From NCBI GenBank assembly GCA_030141605.1, contig JAQGDQ010001250.1, positions 1-52,225 on the forward strand: a stretch of DNA of 52,225 nucleotides, in the 5' to 3' direction. The notes under the pieces were generated by a model. That model was not told the DNA's origin, did not search any database, and saw only the letters and a list, made by a program, of their open reading frames with translations. Of this stretch, positions 30,104-44,700 are shown piece after piece. A program made the position numbers and the translations under genes. The DNA is from Tubiluchus corallicola (Eukaryota > Animalia > Priapulida). The first letter of the stretch is position 1. Each line of letters begins with the position of its first letter.

Positions 30104-30613
30104 CAGTCAACCTTGGGTATAACGTACTGGCTTATAAGGGACCACCAACACAGGTCCCAATTTTTCGTAACGTTTTTCCTATGTAAAAATCTTCGTATAT
30201 AAGGTACTCGCATATAAGGGACTTTCGGTTATAATGGACCATATCTTCAGGTCCTGCGTAATAGAAACCCAGGTAAATTACCTCTCAAATAAAGGGCTCT
30301 GTGATCAAAGCGAAATTGATCGATTTTTAACCTCAATTTTTCGCAAACTCGGCCTTCGAACAGCTCGGTTTCTGCGGTCACATACATCTCACATCACTGA
30401 AGGAACTTCCTACATACCGTTTGTACTGAATGTGTAGCAATAATCCATAAAAATATGGGTGAAGGTACAGAAAAGTACAGGTCTAGATACACCCTCGGTC
30501 TGACTCAACTTCGGTATAAGGGCCATCGGAAAGAAAGGATGGTTTTTCCCGGTCCGGAAGTGTCCCTTATATCCGTTGAAATCCCTTATATCCCTTGTAT
30601 CCAAGGTTGACTG
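30104..30613 (+). mobile_element. Tc1/mariner-type MITE
   Basis: TA|CAGTCAACCTTGG...CCAAGGTTGACTG|TA. Confidence 0.88.
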
Positions 30614-31789
30614 TATAAAAAAGTGAGAATTAACAGAACTTATTTATTAACAGAGAAGTTTATTACGTGACTATTTACAACGTTCATTATTTACATACTT
30701 CAAATTTACAATTGATAAGATACGATGTGACAGCAGATAAACAGAAAAATTGTGCACCTTTTGAGGAAATTATGAAATTTCTAACATGGCTAGAGGATAT
30801 CGTGTTTCATTTTAGATGTGAAAGTAAATCAGACTTGACGTCTAAGGGCTGTTAGTCTTGAATGATGATTTGTTTCTACAATTGGGCACTTAATTTAAAG
30901 CACAAGAAAACCATCCGTTTATACACTGCCTTTTTGCATGCAGGGCTTGCGTCGGAAGTAACGCTGTATAAAATGTATAAATTTAAACTCCCGCGATGAC
31001 CGTTAGGCGCAGCCATTTTAATGATGTCGTTTGAAACAAGTTTAGATAACATTAAGTAAAGTTTTGAAAAAATAATCAGAGCATTCGTAGCATACATGTT
31101 TCTAACTAAGTAAAATTTGAAATTACTGTATCTTGTCAATAAGATTAAGAACTTGTTTTTTTTAGTGAGTAGCGCACGCTGGAGGGTGAACGAGCTACAT
31201 TATACCAACTGCCACAAACATTTTAAATTATTATTTCTAGTTACACAAGTCTTTCCAGCAGGTAAGCAAAATGCTAAGAAATATATATAACTTTGCATGG
31301 AAAGTTTTTTGGGATATTTCCTTCTCTTCCCTGATTTACGTGTCGTAGCGACGTCATGTAATGGGAAGTTCGGAACAGCATAGCGGGAGATTTCAAATGA
31401 AAACAAACCAATATTCCTTTCAACGCGAATACGATATGCGCATAAAAATTGTTGTAAAGTAATAAATTTTTTTAAAGATGATTTTTGTAAAACCCACTTC
31501 AGGTGCCCCTTTTCTCGTCTTTTAAGAATCGGAAGCATAAGCACCGTCTTGGATTTGGATTTCTGTTAAATGCAAACAAACATTCAAAAATGATTTTAAA
31601 TTTTGCTTTGAGATGCACTTTAGTTGATCCAAAATTAAATTCTAACATATTTAGATACTTTATTTAGGTGTTCTATGTTAAATATTCGTTATATAAGTAT
31701 GACGATTAAGAGTTTTACCGTTTTTGAACGCAGTCGTTTTGAATTTGACCTCTGAGGTCAAATCTGATTTCCCTCTAAAATGAAATGTT

Positions 31790-32065
31790 ATGGATTTAAA
31801 CATAACTTCAATGTGTTCTTGCAAAGTCCGTAGCAACCAACATTTGTGCGGTTGCTAAGTGTTTTGCAGAAACACAATAAAAACAATGGCTGACTTTAAC
31901 AGCAATTTTCTCAAGATTATGTTTTTTAGTGCGTAGCCTGCACCTCAACTTCAATGTGGATTATCTGAGCTTAGAAATAACATAGAGTAGAGCGATGAAC
32001 TTGGTATCAAAATGATCCTCATGAAATAGAGATTCAGGAGATGTGAATAAGTAGAAAAACTTAAT
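31790..32065 (+). repeat. Dispersed repeat, second copy at ~38980-39250
   Basis: Shared cggttgctaagtg...ttctcaagattatg...cagcctgcacctcaacttcaatg...agagattcagga. Confidence 0.75.
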
Positions 32066-32348
32066 CGCCGACTTGTGGACGATTTTGCTATGCAAGCACA
32101 TAAATCTAATTTCGCTCGTAATCTAAGATGAAACGTCAATGTGTCCCCCCACAAATGTTAAAAATTTTTCATTTTTCTCAAAAAATGCACAACTGTTTGC
32201 AATATGAGAGGCAATCCGCTGTGCTAATAGCACCAATCTGAAACCTACTAGATGTAATGGGGGAGAAGTGTTTATTATTCATGAGTAAAATACTTCTGTA
32301 ACTGAAAGTGGAGACATTTAACAGTTTACAGTTTCATGCTGCCTGCTG

Positions 32349-32728
32349 TTAAGATTTGTAGTATGAATCTGGCAATGTGCCAAAATTCAGGCTCTCGAGT
32401 TTAGCTGATAGCTGCCCTACAAAATCATTCACAGTGTCTTTGAAAGTTGAATTTTGGAATATCCATTCGAACGCCACGTCGGCATTGACTTCAGATATGT
32501 GTTTCCTCTTCCTGCGGGAGTTTTCCTGGTAGCAGTGTAGCCTAGGTTGCACTTTTCTATTACGTTCCTTCAAGAAATCGAGCATTCTCTTGGTCTCTTG
32601 TTCAACATTGGACGTAATGTTCTCGTACAAGACTACTAGTGTGTTGTTCTTGCTCCATTTTAACCACGACATGTAAAACTGGAACCAGTGTTTCTCCAGA
32701 AAGTTTCCAGTCGCAAACTTCTTCCATT
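32349..32728 (-). CDS. WSCD-like exon 6 (terminal)
   Basis: ttttcag|[24 protein letters not shown]...LPDSYYKS*. Confidence 0.9.
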
Positions 32729-35700
32729 CTGAAAAGAAAAGATACATTGGAAAAAATTACCCATAATGCTCTTTTGTTCCAATGCACCAGTTTGGTTCCA
32801 AAAGACGAAACAACAACATAACAAGAATCAGATGATGAATAAGCCTTTTCACAGTTCCAGCGATCGATGCTGAACTTGAAAAGATCAAAGGTTAAGTGTA
32901 CCAGTCATCGCATTTGTGTACACTTGACAACGCCTCGCAGTCCAAGCTATTGTAATAGCAAATGTTTTAACACAGGGGTGTGCAAATTGCGGCCCGCCGA
33001 GAGAATTTCTGCGGCCCGCGAAGAGATTTGTCAACCTAATGAAAGTGTGGCCTGGGCGATTAATTGAGTGTATCCAGCTAAAGTCCGTGCCACGATCCCA
33101 AAGATAGTGCGGGTAGTTTTTTCCTGCTAGATCGGATGCCATTAACCCTTACAAGACGGTTGTAGCTTAATGTCACTGTACTACACAGACTGTGTGATAC
33201 ACATTACTAATATGCATTGTAATGAAATTTCCACTATCTGTTCTAAAAGTAGAAATATATGGTTTGTAATATAAATTTTAATAACTTCTAAAATAGTTTC
33301 TTGAGTGTAGTAGTAATGATGTACGCAGGTCGGATGCAAAAAAATCGTTATTAGGCCTTTCTGTACTTGGCTCCTTGATCAAACTGCCTGTGGCCCTCAG
33401 GAACTGCGGGAAAGTTTAATGTGGCCCGGCTAGTCAGATAATTTGCACACCCCTATTTTAACAGCTAGCTAGAACCTTACCTAGTTCACTTTTTAATGTT
33501 CGCAAGCAAGTTCCTGCTAGTAAATCATTCTACACACAGACTAGTGCATAATCAAGTAAAGCGCGTAAAACAACTGAAGTTACTGAACCGATGCAGTAGA
33601 CAGCTTTGCTTTACCCGCATGTCACGGTGACGGCTGTTGCTAAGACGCACTGCTGTGGTACACCTAACCTTTGACCAACAGCAACTGTGCACAACGAAAC
33701 TGTGAAAAGCTTATTTCAAGAATTTTACCAATTTACAGTTTGGGCTGCTTACACTTGGATCTCATTGATACTGAGAGAAACTGTCACTTTCTTATTATAT
33801 CACTTGATAACAATGTTGACAATTCATCACTGCTTACAAACAGCATGATGCATTGGTGAGTTTCCCCTGACCTGCTTCAGTATGGAAACTTTTGCTAAAA
33901 TGCTGCATTACTCCACTAAGCAAGATTCTTTCTTTATTGGGTCCATTATACAGATGTAATTTTCTAATTTGTAATTGGCAACAAGGTTAATTGTAATATA
34001 GAAAATTCACATTTTTAAGTAGAGGCATGTTTTTATTAAAGGAAAACCAGATGATTGTGTAAACATGAGTTCAGAATAAGGAATGCTCTAAAATATTGAA
34101 AACTACAAAAGCTTTTTTTAATCAAAGCTTAGATTAAATAATAATTACCTCGGACACTCAAATTTTGGTAAACTTTCAAATCTACGCGCGGCTCAGTGAA
34201 TCTACTAAGATTGGCAACGGCGCCTTTTTGTCACATTTGCGTGGCCGACAAATAGAAGGCGGTACCATGATAACCGTGATCATGAACTGCAGTGTTAGTT
34301 TCTAATGTCATATGACATAGATGCCATTGTCAAACGTACGTGACGTGCAAGGGGAGACGCCTGCCATTGCACAAACTGTGGTTAGTTTCTGACGTAAGCA
34401 ACAGCTGTGTTCGGTTGCCGTTAATTAACGTTCTAAGCTAATTATTCAAATATAAAGAACAATTGTTAACTTTTATTGGCAGGAAAATGTATATTTTGGA
34501 CAGTAAATTAAAATGAGATTGAGTCTAAACAATTGTCCGGTCTTTCTTTAATGCAAGGAAAACAACAGCCAATATGCTAGTGGTGCTATTCCAGAATAAA
34601 GGGAAACGTGCTGATTCAATGGTTGTTCTGGTACATTCACATATTGAATAATTAACTCCTTCAGGAACGTAAGAGTTTGCAGTATTTTGCACGAGTTCAC
34701 GAAAAACTGCAGTTGCTAAGCAACGCTTACCTTATTTGTAGGTTTTTACTCCTCACACAATGGATTTTCATGCAAAATTATATATGAAATGTATTTGCTC
34801 ACCTCACAAATTAATTAGCAATTTTGAGGGAAAAATTTAAAAAATCTTTCAATAACTGCAGTGTTTGCACTGTAACAATGTACAGTATCACTTGTGTGAA
34901 ATGCAGAAAATTTCAACTATCCAGACACAACACTCTGATAAACTTTGGCCTCAAATCTACTCTATTTTTAAAGAAGAAATTCCTGTGAGAGATGAAACCA
35001 CCTTAATTTCTCCTTGGCTGATCTTTTGGTTAGCAGAACGCTGCACAGCTTGGGCTACAGCAAGCAGGCGATCAATAAATTAGTGTGCACGATCACGCAA
35101 GTGTACACCAGCTACTCGATAAGCTAAGTTGGAGCACGCTGAAGATGGTGTGTCTTTTTAATTTTATCCAATTAAGAAATTTTACCCAATCACTTAAGAA
35201 ATAGCATGGTTGTATAGCCAAGATTCTCCTGAATAGAAAAGTACCCGATTTGTGATCATTTAGCTATGTCTGTGCTCATACAGTAGCAGAAAATTCAGAG
35301 ATCTTATAAGACATATTTTGAATAGTGCGGTCTTGAAGGAGTTAAATAAATTCCTAGTTTCACGAAGGCGGTGGTTCAGTGCAAACAAAAACTTGAGAAT
35401 CCAGTATTTACTTCTGTGCTTGAAGATCGCAGGACTGCCATCTGGTGGGACTAATCCGCTCTTCAAATATATGCTTGTTATAAGACGGTTGAATTCTGCA
35501 AATGCTGCATCGTACGGGTTTCTGATTATCAAGATGGCTGCTTTGACCGTTTCCTGCGTTTCTCGATCACATCTGTGCGTTTTCACTATTAATGTTCTCC
35601 CGGCCCCTACGTCTAGCTGCTGAGACGCTTCTGGCCTTTCTAAAAAAATAAAAATACATTAAACTAGTGAATACATTAAAAACACTAATTACAGTAAGTA

Positions 35701-38700
35701 AAAATACTAATTACAGTTAAACCTAGTTATAACGCCATATCTGGGACACCATTAAATATGGCGCACTATACCGGGGGGTGGGCAGTAAGGTGGGGTTCAT
35801 TAAATATCAAAGCCATTCCAGTCTGTAACCTCTATTTAGTTTCTTAGTTCATTTTAATATGTCATAAATAGTATCATATATATTATACCTACAACAATAA
35901 ATGTATTCTGTACATTTCCGCTGCATTAACAAAACTAATGCAGGTGCAGTTCTACGGAGGTGCATTGCAAATCTTTTAGGTAACAAATTGGAGTAACAGT
36001 CTTGCGAAATACGGCTGTGTCCTGATAAGAGAAATATTCAGCCAGGCAGCCCACCCACGCCCGGTCCCAAACTAACATTGCTACTTAATTAAGACAATAA
36101 TTAGCCGCCGCTTATAACTTGAACTTGAGTCAGACAGCTTTTACAGCCGTTTAATTCACGTCAGTACTGAACCTTAGCTATGCAACTCTTGTAGTCGTAA
36201 AATGCATGTTCCTTGTTCAAAACCTCAACATTCACTTTCATACGGTCACTTGCTACGAAACCGAAATCTTAATTTAAACATCATAATTGTTTTCCTATCA
36301 GAGATCACTGTTTTTACAACGTTACAGCTGTTTCTCAGCAGTAATTCATTGTCCATTATCTTGGCTAGTGTTAGAACGGGGATAATTTTATTATGTTAAA
36401 TGTAGATGGCGGTAGGCGAGGTTGGCGGTATCTCCTGTATTTAATACATTATGGAAAACGGGACAGGGCAATAGTCGACGTTATGGCAAGACTGGCGTTA
36501 TAATGGGGAACGCATAACGAGGTTCGACTGCAATGGTGTAAATTTTACATGATTCCAAAAAACATAAGTAGATCTGAAATATTCGAAACGTGTCAGTAAG
36601 AATCAATACCAACATTTAGAAAATAGACATGGCTAATTCATCTCAGCCTTATTCTTTTTCTTCTTATTATTACTCTGATTATTCTTTTTTACCAACTCTG
36701 TCACAAGTATTTACATTGCATAAGCTTTGCTACTGTGTACTGCCTCCCAGCATGCACTACTAAACAGAAACTGACGTTTAATGATTATTCTTTTCTACCA
36801 ACTCTGTCACAAGTATTTACATTGCATAAGCTTTGCTACTGTGTACTGCATCCCAGCATGCACTACTAAACAGTAACTGACGTTTAATGATTATTCTTTT
36901 CTACCAACTCTGTCACAAGTATTTACATTGCATAAGCTTTGCTACTGTGTACTGCCTCCCAGCATGCACTACTAAACAGAAACTGACGTTTAATGATTAT
37001 TCTTTTCTACCAGCTCTGCCACAAGTATTTACATTGCATAAGCTTTGCTACTGTGTACTGCATCCCAGCATGCACTACTAAACTGTAACTGACGTTTAAT
37101 GATTATTCTTTTCTACCAACTCTGTCACAAGTATTTACATTGCATAAGCTTTGCTACTGTGTACTGCATCCCAGCATGCACTACTAAACTGTAACTGACG
37201 TTTAATGATTATTATTTTCTACCAACTCTGCCACAAGTATTTACATTGCATAAGCTTTGCTACTGTGTACTGCATCCCAGCATGCACTACTAAACTGTAA
37301 CTGACGTTTAATGATTATTCTTTTCTACCAACTCTGTCACAAGTATTTACATTGCATAAGCTTTGCTACTGTGTACTGCCTCCCAGCATGCACTACTAAA
37401 CAGAAACTGACGTTTAATGATTATTCTTTTCTACCAGCTCTGCCACAAGTATTTACATTGCATAAGCTTTGCTACTGTGTACTGCCTCCCAGCATGCACT
37501 ACTAAACTGTAACTGACGTTTAATGATTATTCTTTTCTACCAACTCTGTCACAAGTATTTACATTGCATAAGCTTTGCTACTGTGTACTGCCTCCCAGCA
37601 TGCACTACTAAACTGTAACTGACGTTTAATGATTATTCTTTTCTACCAACTCTGCCACAAGTATTTACATTGCATAAGCTTTGCTACTGTGTACTGCATC
37701 CCAGCACGCACCACTAAACAGTAACTGACGTTTAATGATTATTCTTTTCTACCAACTCTGTCACAAGTATTTACATTGCATAAGCTTTGCTACTGTGTAC
37801 TGCATCCCAGCATGCACTACTAAACTGTAACTGACGTTTAATGATTATTATTTTCTACCAGCTCTGTCACAAGTATTTACATTGCATAAGCTTTGCTACT
37901 GTGTACTGCATCCCAGCATGCACCACTAAACAGTAACTGACGTTTAATGATTATTCTTTTCTACCAACTCTACCACAAGTATTTACATTGCATAAGCTTT
38001 GCTACTGTGTACTGCATCCCAGCATGCACTACTAAACTGTAACTGACGTTTAATGATTATTATTTTCTACCAGCTCTGTCACAAGTATTTACATTGCATA
38101 AGCTTTGCTACTGTGTACTGCATCCCAGCATGCACTACTAAACTGTAACTGACGTTTAATGATTATTATTTTCTACCAACTCTGTCACAAGTATTTACAT
38201 TGCATAAGCTTTGCTACTGTGTACTGCATCCCAGCATGCACTACTAAACTGTAACTGACGTTTAATGATTATTCTTTTCTACCAGCTCTGCCACAAGTAT
38301 TTACATTGCATAAGCTTTGCTACTGTGTACTGCATCCCAGCATGCACTACTAAACTGTACAATAAAAACCGTGTACTTTCAGTGGCAGGATCCCGGTAGA
38401 TATTTCCCGTAATGATGCCTGTGCAGAGTTCCAGTAAACTTCTTGTCCATGTGTTACCCGAACCCGGACAACTTGCTAGAGCTACTGGAGGGTGAGTGGA
38501 GGCGGAGTCCAGCGTAACCATTCCGCATTCCGGATCTAGAAGGAAATAATGCTAGCATGTATACATTTTATTTTTACTAACATGAGCGCATATCTACTAA
38601 TTAGTGATTCTGCATTTGTTACTATGACGAAAAGAAATGTAAAACAGTGAGGAGTCACTCTGGATTTGAACCACGGTCCTTCACACTGCAAATGAAATGG

Positions 38701-41700
38701 CATAACTACATTATAATCTTATAGTTTAGCTGAGCATTTTTTAATTTTTTATATAATGTTATCTACTTTTAAAAGTACGAAATAAATTTAAAATAATAAA
38801 AATAATAATAGTAATAGTAATATAGCAACAGACTTCAAGTTTAGTATAATTATGCGATACAACCACATAATTGTATATTTTCAAACTCCGATAGTAACTC
38901 CTGGAAACAGTCATTTTGCTTCTGGTTTTCTCTGTTCACAAGCCCAGATCTTCGTCAGAAAGAGCCGTCTATTGGATGTATTGTAACTTCAATGCGCTGT
39001 TGTAAAATCCACAGCAACCCCACTTTCGTACGGTTGCTAAGTGAATTGTAGAGACGCAATTAAAAATTAATGGCTAACTTTAACAGCGATTTTCTCAAGA
39101 TTATGTTTTTCAATGTGCAGCCTGCACCTCAACTTCAATGTTGATTATCTCAGCTTAGAAATAATATAGAGTGATCAGCTTCTTTGCATAACAATGATCT
39201 CCATGAAGTAGAGATTCAGGATATGTGAATAACTAGAAAAACTTAATTGCCAACCAGCAGTAAACAACTTACCGTCTGAAATCCACATACGAGGTTTCAA
39301 TTGAAAGACTTCGGCACATGACATATTTGATGAGTTTGACATCTCTTTTAGCTCAGGTTTGTTGACTAAGCAAGCGCATTTGTGTTCTTTGAAATTCCAT
39401 GCAGCATAGCCAACATCATCTGATCTGAAAAATAAAAATTTATCCCATTTTATCGTATAATTTAATAAAAAAAAACAAAAAAGAAATAGCTGCTACGTAG
39501 CTTCCAAAATACAGTCAATCAAACAAACTATTAAGGCCAGTGTGAACCTGACTTAATAAATTTTAATTTTGTCGCCAAGGTGGCTCCATCTAGCTGGAAA
39601 GTCTAAAGTGTTGGCATTGACCCAGTTATGTTTTCATTATACTGTCAATCAAACAAACTATTAAGGCCAGTGTGAACCTGACTTAATAAATTTTAATTTT
39701 GTAGCCAAGGTGGCTCCATCTAGCTGGAAAGTCTAAAGTGTTGGCATTGAACCAGTTATGTTTTCATTATGCTGTTCTGTAGTACATGTGAACATGTGTG
39801 TTGTACAAGCTAGCAAAATTTTTCATTAGATATATGCCGCAACGACGTAAGTTTATTTCTATTAATTGTTATTTTGATTTATTCCTTGATATTTTTAGAT
39901 GGTCTAAATAACTGTCAATCTAACTAAACTATGTAACTTTTCATAAAATTAGCCAATGTCAGTCACTTTTGCTTTTCTATTTTAATTTTTAAATATTGGA
40001 GAAATAAAGATCAGTGGTTTGCATGAAATTCAACTGAGATGTTTGAAGATTTGTCATAAATGCCTTTCAGAGACACTAACATGAGATCTCAGAGATCTGA
40101 CATGAGAGGTTAGAGTTTAAGTATGCTCCCGTTAAATGAGAAAATATGAATGTATAAAAAAATCTAGAATTCCCATCAGGGAATTGAACCTGGGACGACT
40201 TGCTAGCAGAGTACCAATCAGATACGATAACCATAATGCTTTTGAGTCAAGCAGATTAAGTTTTTTCCTCATGTAGGTGTGCCGGTACAATTTATTCCCT
40301 AAATTTGACGTTGAAAAGAAACCAAGTTTAACAAAATAATTGTTACACCTGTCTGCATGATTTATTTAAATATCTGTCAAAGGCAGGGCTGGGTTTTGAT
40401 TTTCTAGACCCCAGGGCTACAAATCCTGAGGCCCCGGCCCCTTAGTGACAATTAACAAAAGCGTGAATGTTGGATTCTGCAAATCAGTTTATTCAACTTT
40501 TACAACATAATGCCAACATTAGGCCCCCAAGGACAATTAGCAAAAGCATGAATGTTGGTTTCTTCAAATCAGTTTACTCAACTTCTACAACATAACGCCA
40601 ACATTAGGCCCACAGTGACAATTAGCAAAAGCGTGAATGTTGGATTCTTCAAATCGGTTTCTTCAACTTCTACAACATAACGCCAACATTAGGTCCACAG
40701 TGACAATTAGCAAAAGCGTGAATGTTGGATTCTTCAAATCGGTTTCTTCAACTTCTACAACATAACGCCAACATTAGGTCCACAGTGACAATTAGCAAAA
40801 GCGTGAATGTTGGATTCTTCAAATCGGTTTCTTCAACTTCTACAACATAACGCCAACATTAGGTCCACAGTGACAATTAGCAAAAGCGTGAATGTTGGAT
40901 TCTTCAAATCGGTTTCTTCAACTTCTACAGCATAATGCCAACATTAGGTCCACAGTGACAATTAACAAAAGCGTGAATGTTGGTTTCTTCAAATCAGTTT
41001 ATTTAACTTCTACAGCATAATGCCAACATTAGGCCCACAGTGACAATTAACAAAAGCATGAATGTTGGATTCTTCAAATCGGTTTCTTCAACTTCTACAA
41101 CTTAATGCCAACATTAGGCCCACAGTGACAATTAACAAAAGCGTGAATGTTGGATTCTTCAAATCGGTTTCTTCAACTTCTACAACTTAATGCCAACATT
41201 AGGCCCATAGTGACAATTAGCAAAAGCGTGAATGTTGGATTTTCTACAACGTAATGCCAACGTTAGGCCCACATAGATGGATGAAAATCTAACACAACAA
41301 AAAAAGAAGAGATATTCTGATATTCAAAACATTAAAATAACTTTTTGAAATATTAAATATAACATGTCTAAATTACAATAAATAAATTACTGGTACTTTA
41401 ACGTATATTATAAAATATACTGTTACTAATACTAATTCACAGTAAATTGATTTCACTTAATCTCTGGATCTCAGCTGATGGAGGCCATTGGTTTGCTGCC
41501 CATCACTGCCATGCATTAATTTGGCACTGTATAAAAGTCGGCCAAGTGTGGCATTGTACTGTCACACCTACATCAGCAAGGTAGGTGTGGCAGGTCAGGG
41601 GTAATACACAGCACTAGTTCGCTGGGTTGAAAAGTGTTATGGTTATCATATCTGACAGGCACTTAGCTAGCAGGTCGTGGGTTCAATTCCCTGATGGGAT

Positions 41701-44700
41701 CTTAGAATTTTTTATAGTTAATAATAAAACTTACAGCGGCGAATTGTACTTACGATGTTTGACAAGAGAAAATGCAGTCTTTTGCCGTGTTTTTTTCTTG
41801 TACGGCTACCGTATTTCCAGTGCACTCCTCCCCAACAGGTTGTGCTAAAACAAAGAAGAAGAAGCAAACTTAGGACAGCAACGATGACAAAAGAGGAAAA
41901 GCAAAGTAAAGAAAAGGAAAAAGAAGAGAACACCCATGCAGCAGGTAATATAGATTGAGTTTATACGCTTGTCTGTTTATCTTCATGTATGCCTGGTGTG
42001 AAAGCAACGTAGAGCCTGGTTAGTACTTGGATGGGTGACCGCCACGGAATACAAGGTGCAGTAGGCTTGCAGGATGCCCACAATGTATCTCGACACTAGG
42101 CGGAGGAGCTGTACAAGCAGCCAAAGGCTAGAGGGCGGAGGAGGTCAAGTGACCCAACGGCCATGTGTAGAGGAGTAAACCTTCCAAATCAGGAGCGGAG
42201 TCCCGAAGGCGGACCAGTGCAGCATGCTCACTGACTCCGGCAGCTCCTGCAGCCGACCTGATGCCAAACGTATCGCTCCGCTTTCCTTTGGACTACACCA
42301 GGGAGGAAGAGAGGGGGTTCCTGTTGTCTGGACAACTCAGGATCTCCATACACCTTTCCCAGGTGTGCGCCCTGGAGACATTCAAAGGATCGCACTGCTC
42401 AGTCACATTCGACGCTGCAGCTCCATCAGTGTGATCAATAACTGACTCTCTTGGCGCACACTCCACTGTCTTTCGAGACAGAAGGATGCCAACAACATGG
42501 TGTGAAATAGATTTAGGAAAAGTTTACATTTTTTGTGAAATAAAGTTTGTGGATTTCTAATACTTGCATCTTCTTAAATTATTACCATTGAACTCATGCG
42601 CACCATTACATTAAGGCAGGCGTACCAGAACAGATGAAAACATGCTTTTTGTTTAGAAATGATAATACTGGAGTTGCCAAATATGTCACAATTCCACATG
42701 GAAGCAGTCTGAGAAAAAACTGAAGGAAGTTAATAGGTGAGTAAGTTTATTAGGCAGTCACAGCTTTTTATTAATAGAAGAATACATTTATAACTAAATG
42801 ATTTACAATTCTATACAACATTAAATAATATTACAAAGAGCAAATGTGATTATTAATAGAGTTGTGAAAGGGTGGCGAAAGAACAATGAGTTATCGAGAT
42901 CAGCCGTCCTCTCAGAATTATTATTAGTATAATTAATTAATGCACATTTATCAAGTAATTAAAAATTATCAGATTTTACATTTAAGACGATTGTCGATTG
43001 AGTTATGATAGAAAAGTTTGAGTTTCTAAGAAAATAAGGTTCAGTCGCGAGAAAGCAACGAAGAGAAAAACGTGATCATGTTTAAATATTGCCTTAAAAA
43101 TGGATTATTTTATGTATTTAAAGTTATTATAATTATTGGGATCTAAAATCAAAGCAAAAAACAAACTTGGTTTGTACTTAAAGTGGGTAAACATGTAAAA
43201 CTCACATGCTGAGTCATGAAAAAGAGTTGAAAGCAAACGCATCTTGAAATACTTTAGAATCAGCATTGATGATATATTAAATATATACACAAAAGGTGTA
43301 TCTTACCTCCACGACAAACATTTGAGCTGTAAGCATACTGAAGCAAAGCAACACAAATAATCAGTATCATATTAATAAGAGCCTTGTAATAATGTGAAAT
43401 GAGCATTAATATTGTTTTGATAACATGTAATATTTACTATGAGTCAGAATTCCACACAGAAGCAGTCTGAGAAAAATAATCAGTATCATATTAATAAGAG
43501 CCTTGTAATAATGTGAAATGAGCATTAGTATTGTTTTGATAACATGTAATATTTACTATGAGTCAGAATTCCACGCAGAAGCAGTCTGAGAAAAATAATC
43601 AGTATCGTATTAATTAGAGCCTTGTAATAATGTGAAATGAGCATTAGTATTGTTTTGATAACATGTAATATTTACTACGAGTCAGAATTCCACGCAGAAG
43701 CAGTCTGAGCGGTGTGATGTGGTGGAGTATTATGGTGTGGGTGGTGTGGTGTGGTGCGTGAGTGGTGCAGTGGTATGGTGTGGTGCAGTGTGGTGTGATG
43801 TGGTGGAGTGGTATGGTGTGGTGCAGTGTGGTGTGATGTGGTGGAGTCGTATGGTGTGGGTGGTGTGGTGTGTGAGTGGTGCGGTGTGCTGCAGTGGTAT
43901 GGTGTGGTGTGATGTGGTGGAGTTGTATGGTGTGGGTGGTGTGATGTGGTGGAGTATTATGGTGTGGGTGGTGTGGTGTGGTGCGTGGGTGGTGCAGTGG
44001 TATGGTGTGGTGTGTAGGTGGTATTGTGTGGTGCAGTGTGGTGCGATGAGGTGGAGTGGTATGGTGTGGTGCAGTGTGGTGTGATGGGGTGGAGTGGTGT
44101 GGTGTGGGTTGTGTGTTGATTTGTGCACAAAATTCTTTTTGTGGGGTTTGGCTAGTTAGTATTGTTTTGATAACATGTAATATTTACTACGAGTCAGAAT
44201 TCCACGCAGAAGCAGTCTGAGAAAAATAATCAGTATCATATTAATAAGAGCCTTGTAATAATGTGAAATGAGCATTAGTATTGTTTTGATAACATGTAAT
44301 ATTTACCATGAGTCAGAATTCCATGCAGAAGCAGTCTGAGAAAAAAAATCAGTATCATATTAATTAGAGCCTTGTAATAATGTGAAATGAGCATTAGTAT
44401 TGTTTTGATAACATGTAATATTTACTATGAGTCAGAATTCCACACAGAAGCAGTCTGAGAAAAGTAATCAGTATCATATTAATAAATGCCTTGTAATAAT
44501 GTGAAATGAGCATTAGTATTGTTTTGATAACATGTAATATTTACTATGAGTCAGAATTCCACGCAGAAGCAGTCTGAGAAAAATAATCAGTATCATATTA
44601 ATTAGAGCCTTGTAATAATGTAAAATGAGCATTAGTATTGTTTTGATAACATGTAATATTTACTATGAGTCAGAATTCCACGCAGAAGCAGTCTGAGAAA

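Noticed and set aside
42002-42068. 5S rRNA gene
   Set aside because: Only the 3' half is present, with substitutions, no poly-T terminator, and fused to a SINE-like body.
43719-44128. His/Thr-rich and Val/Trp-rich ORFs
   Set aside because: Degenerate (GTGTG)n microsatellite.
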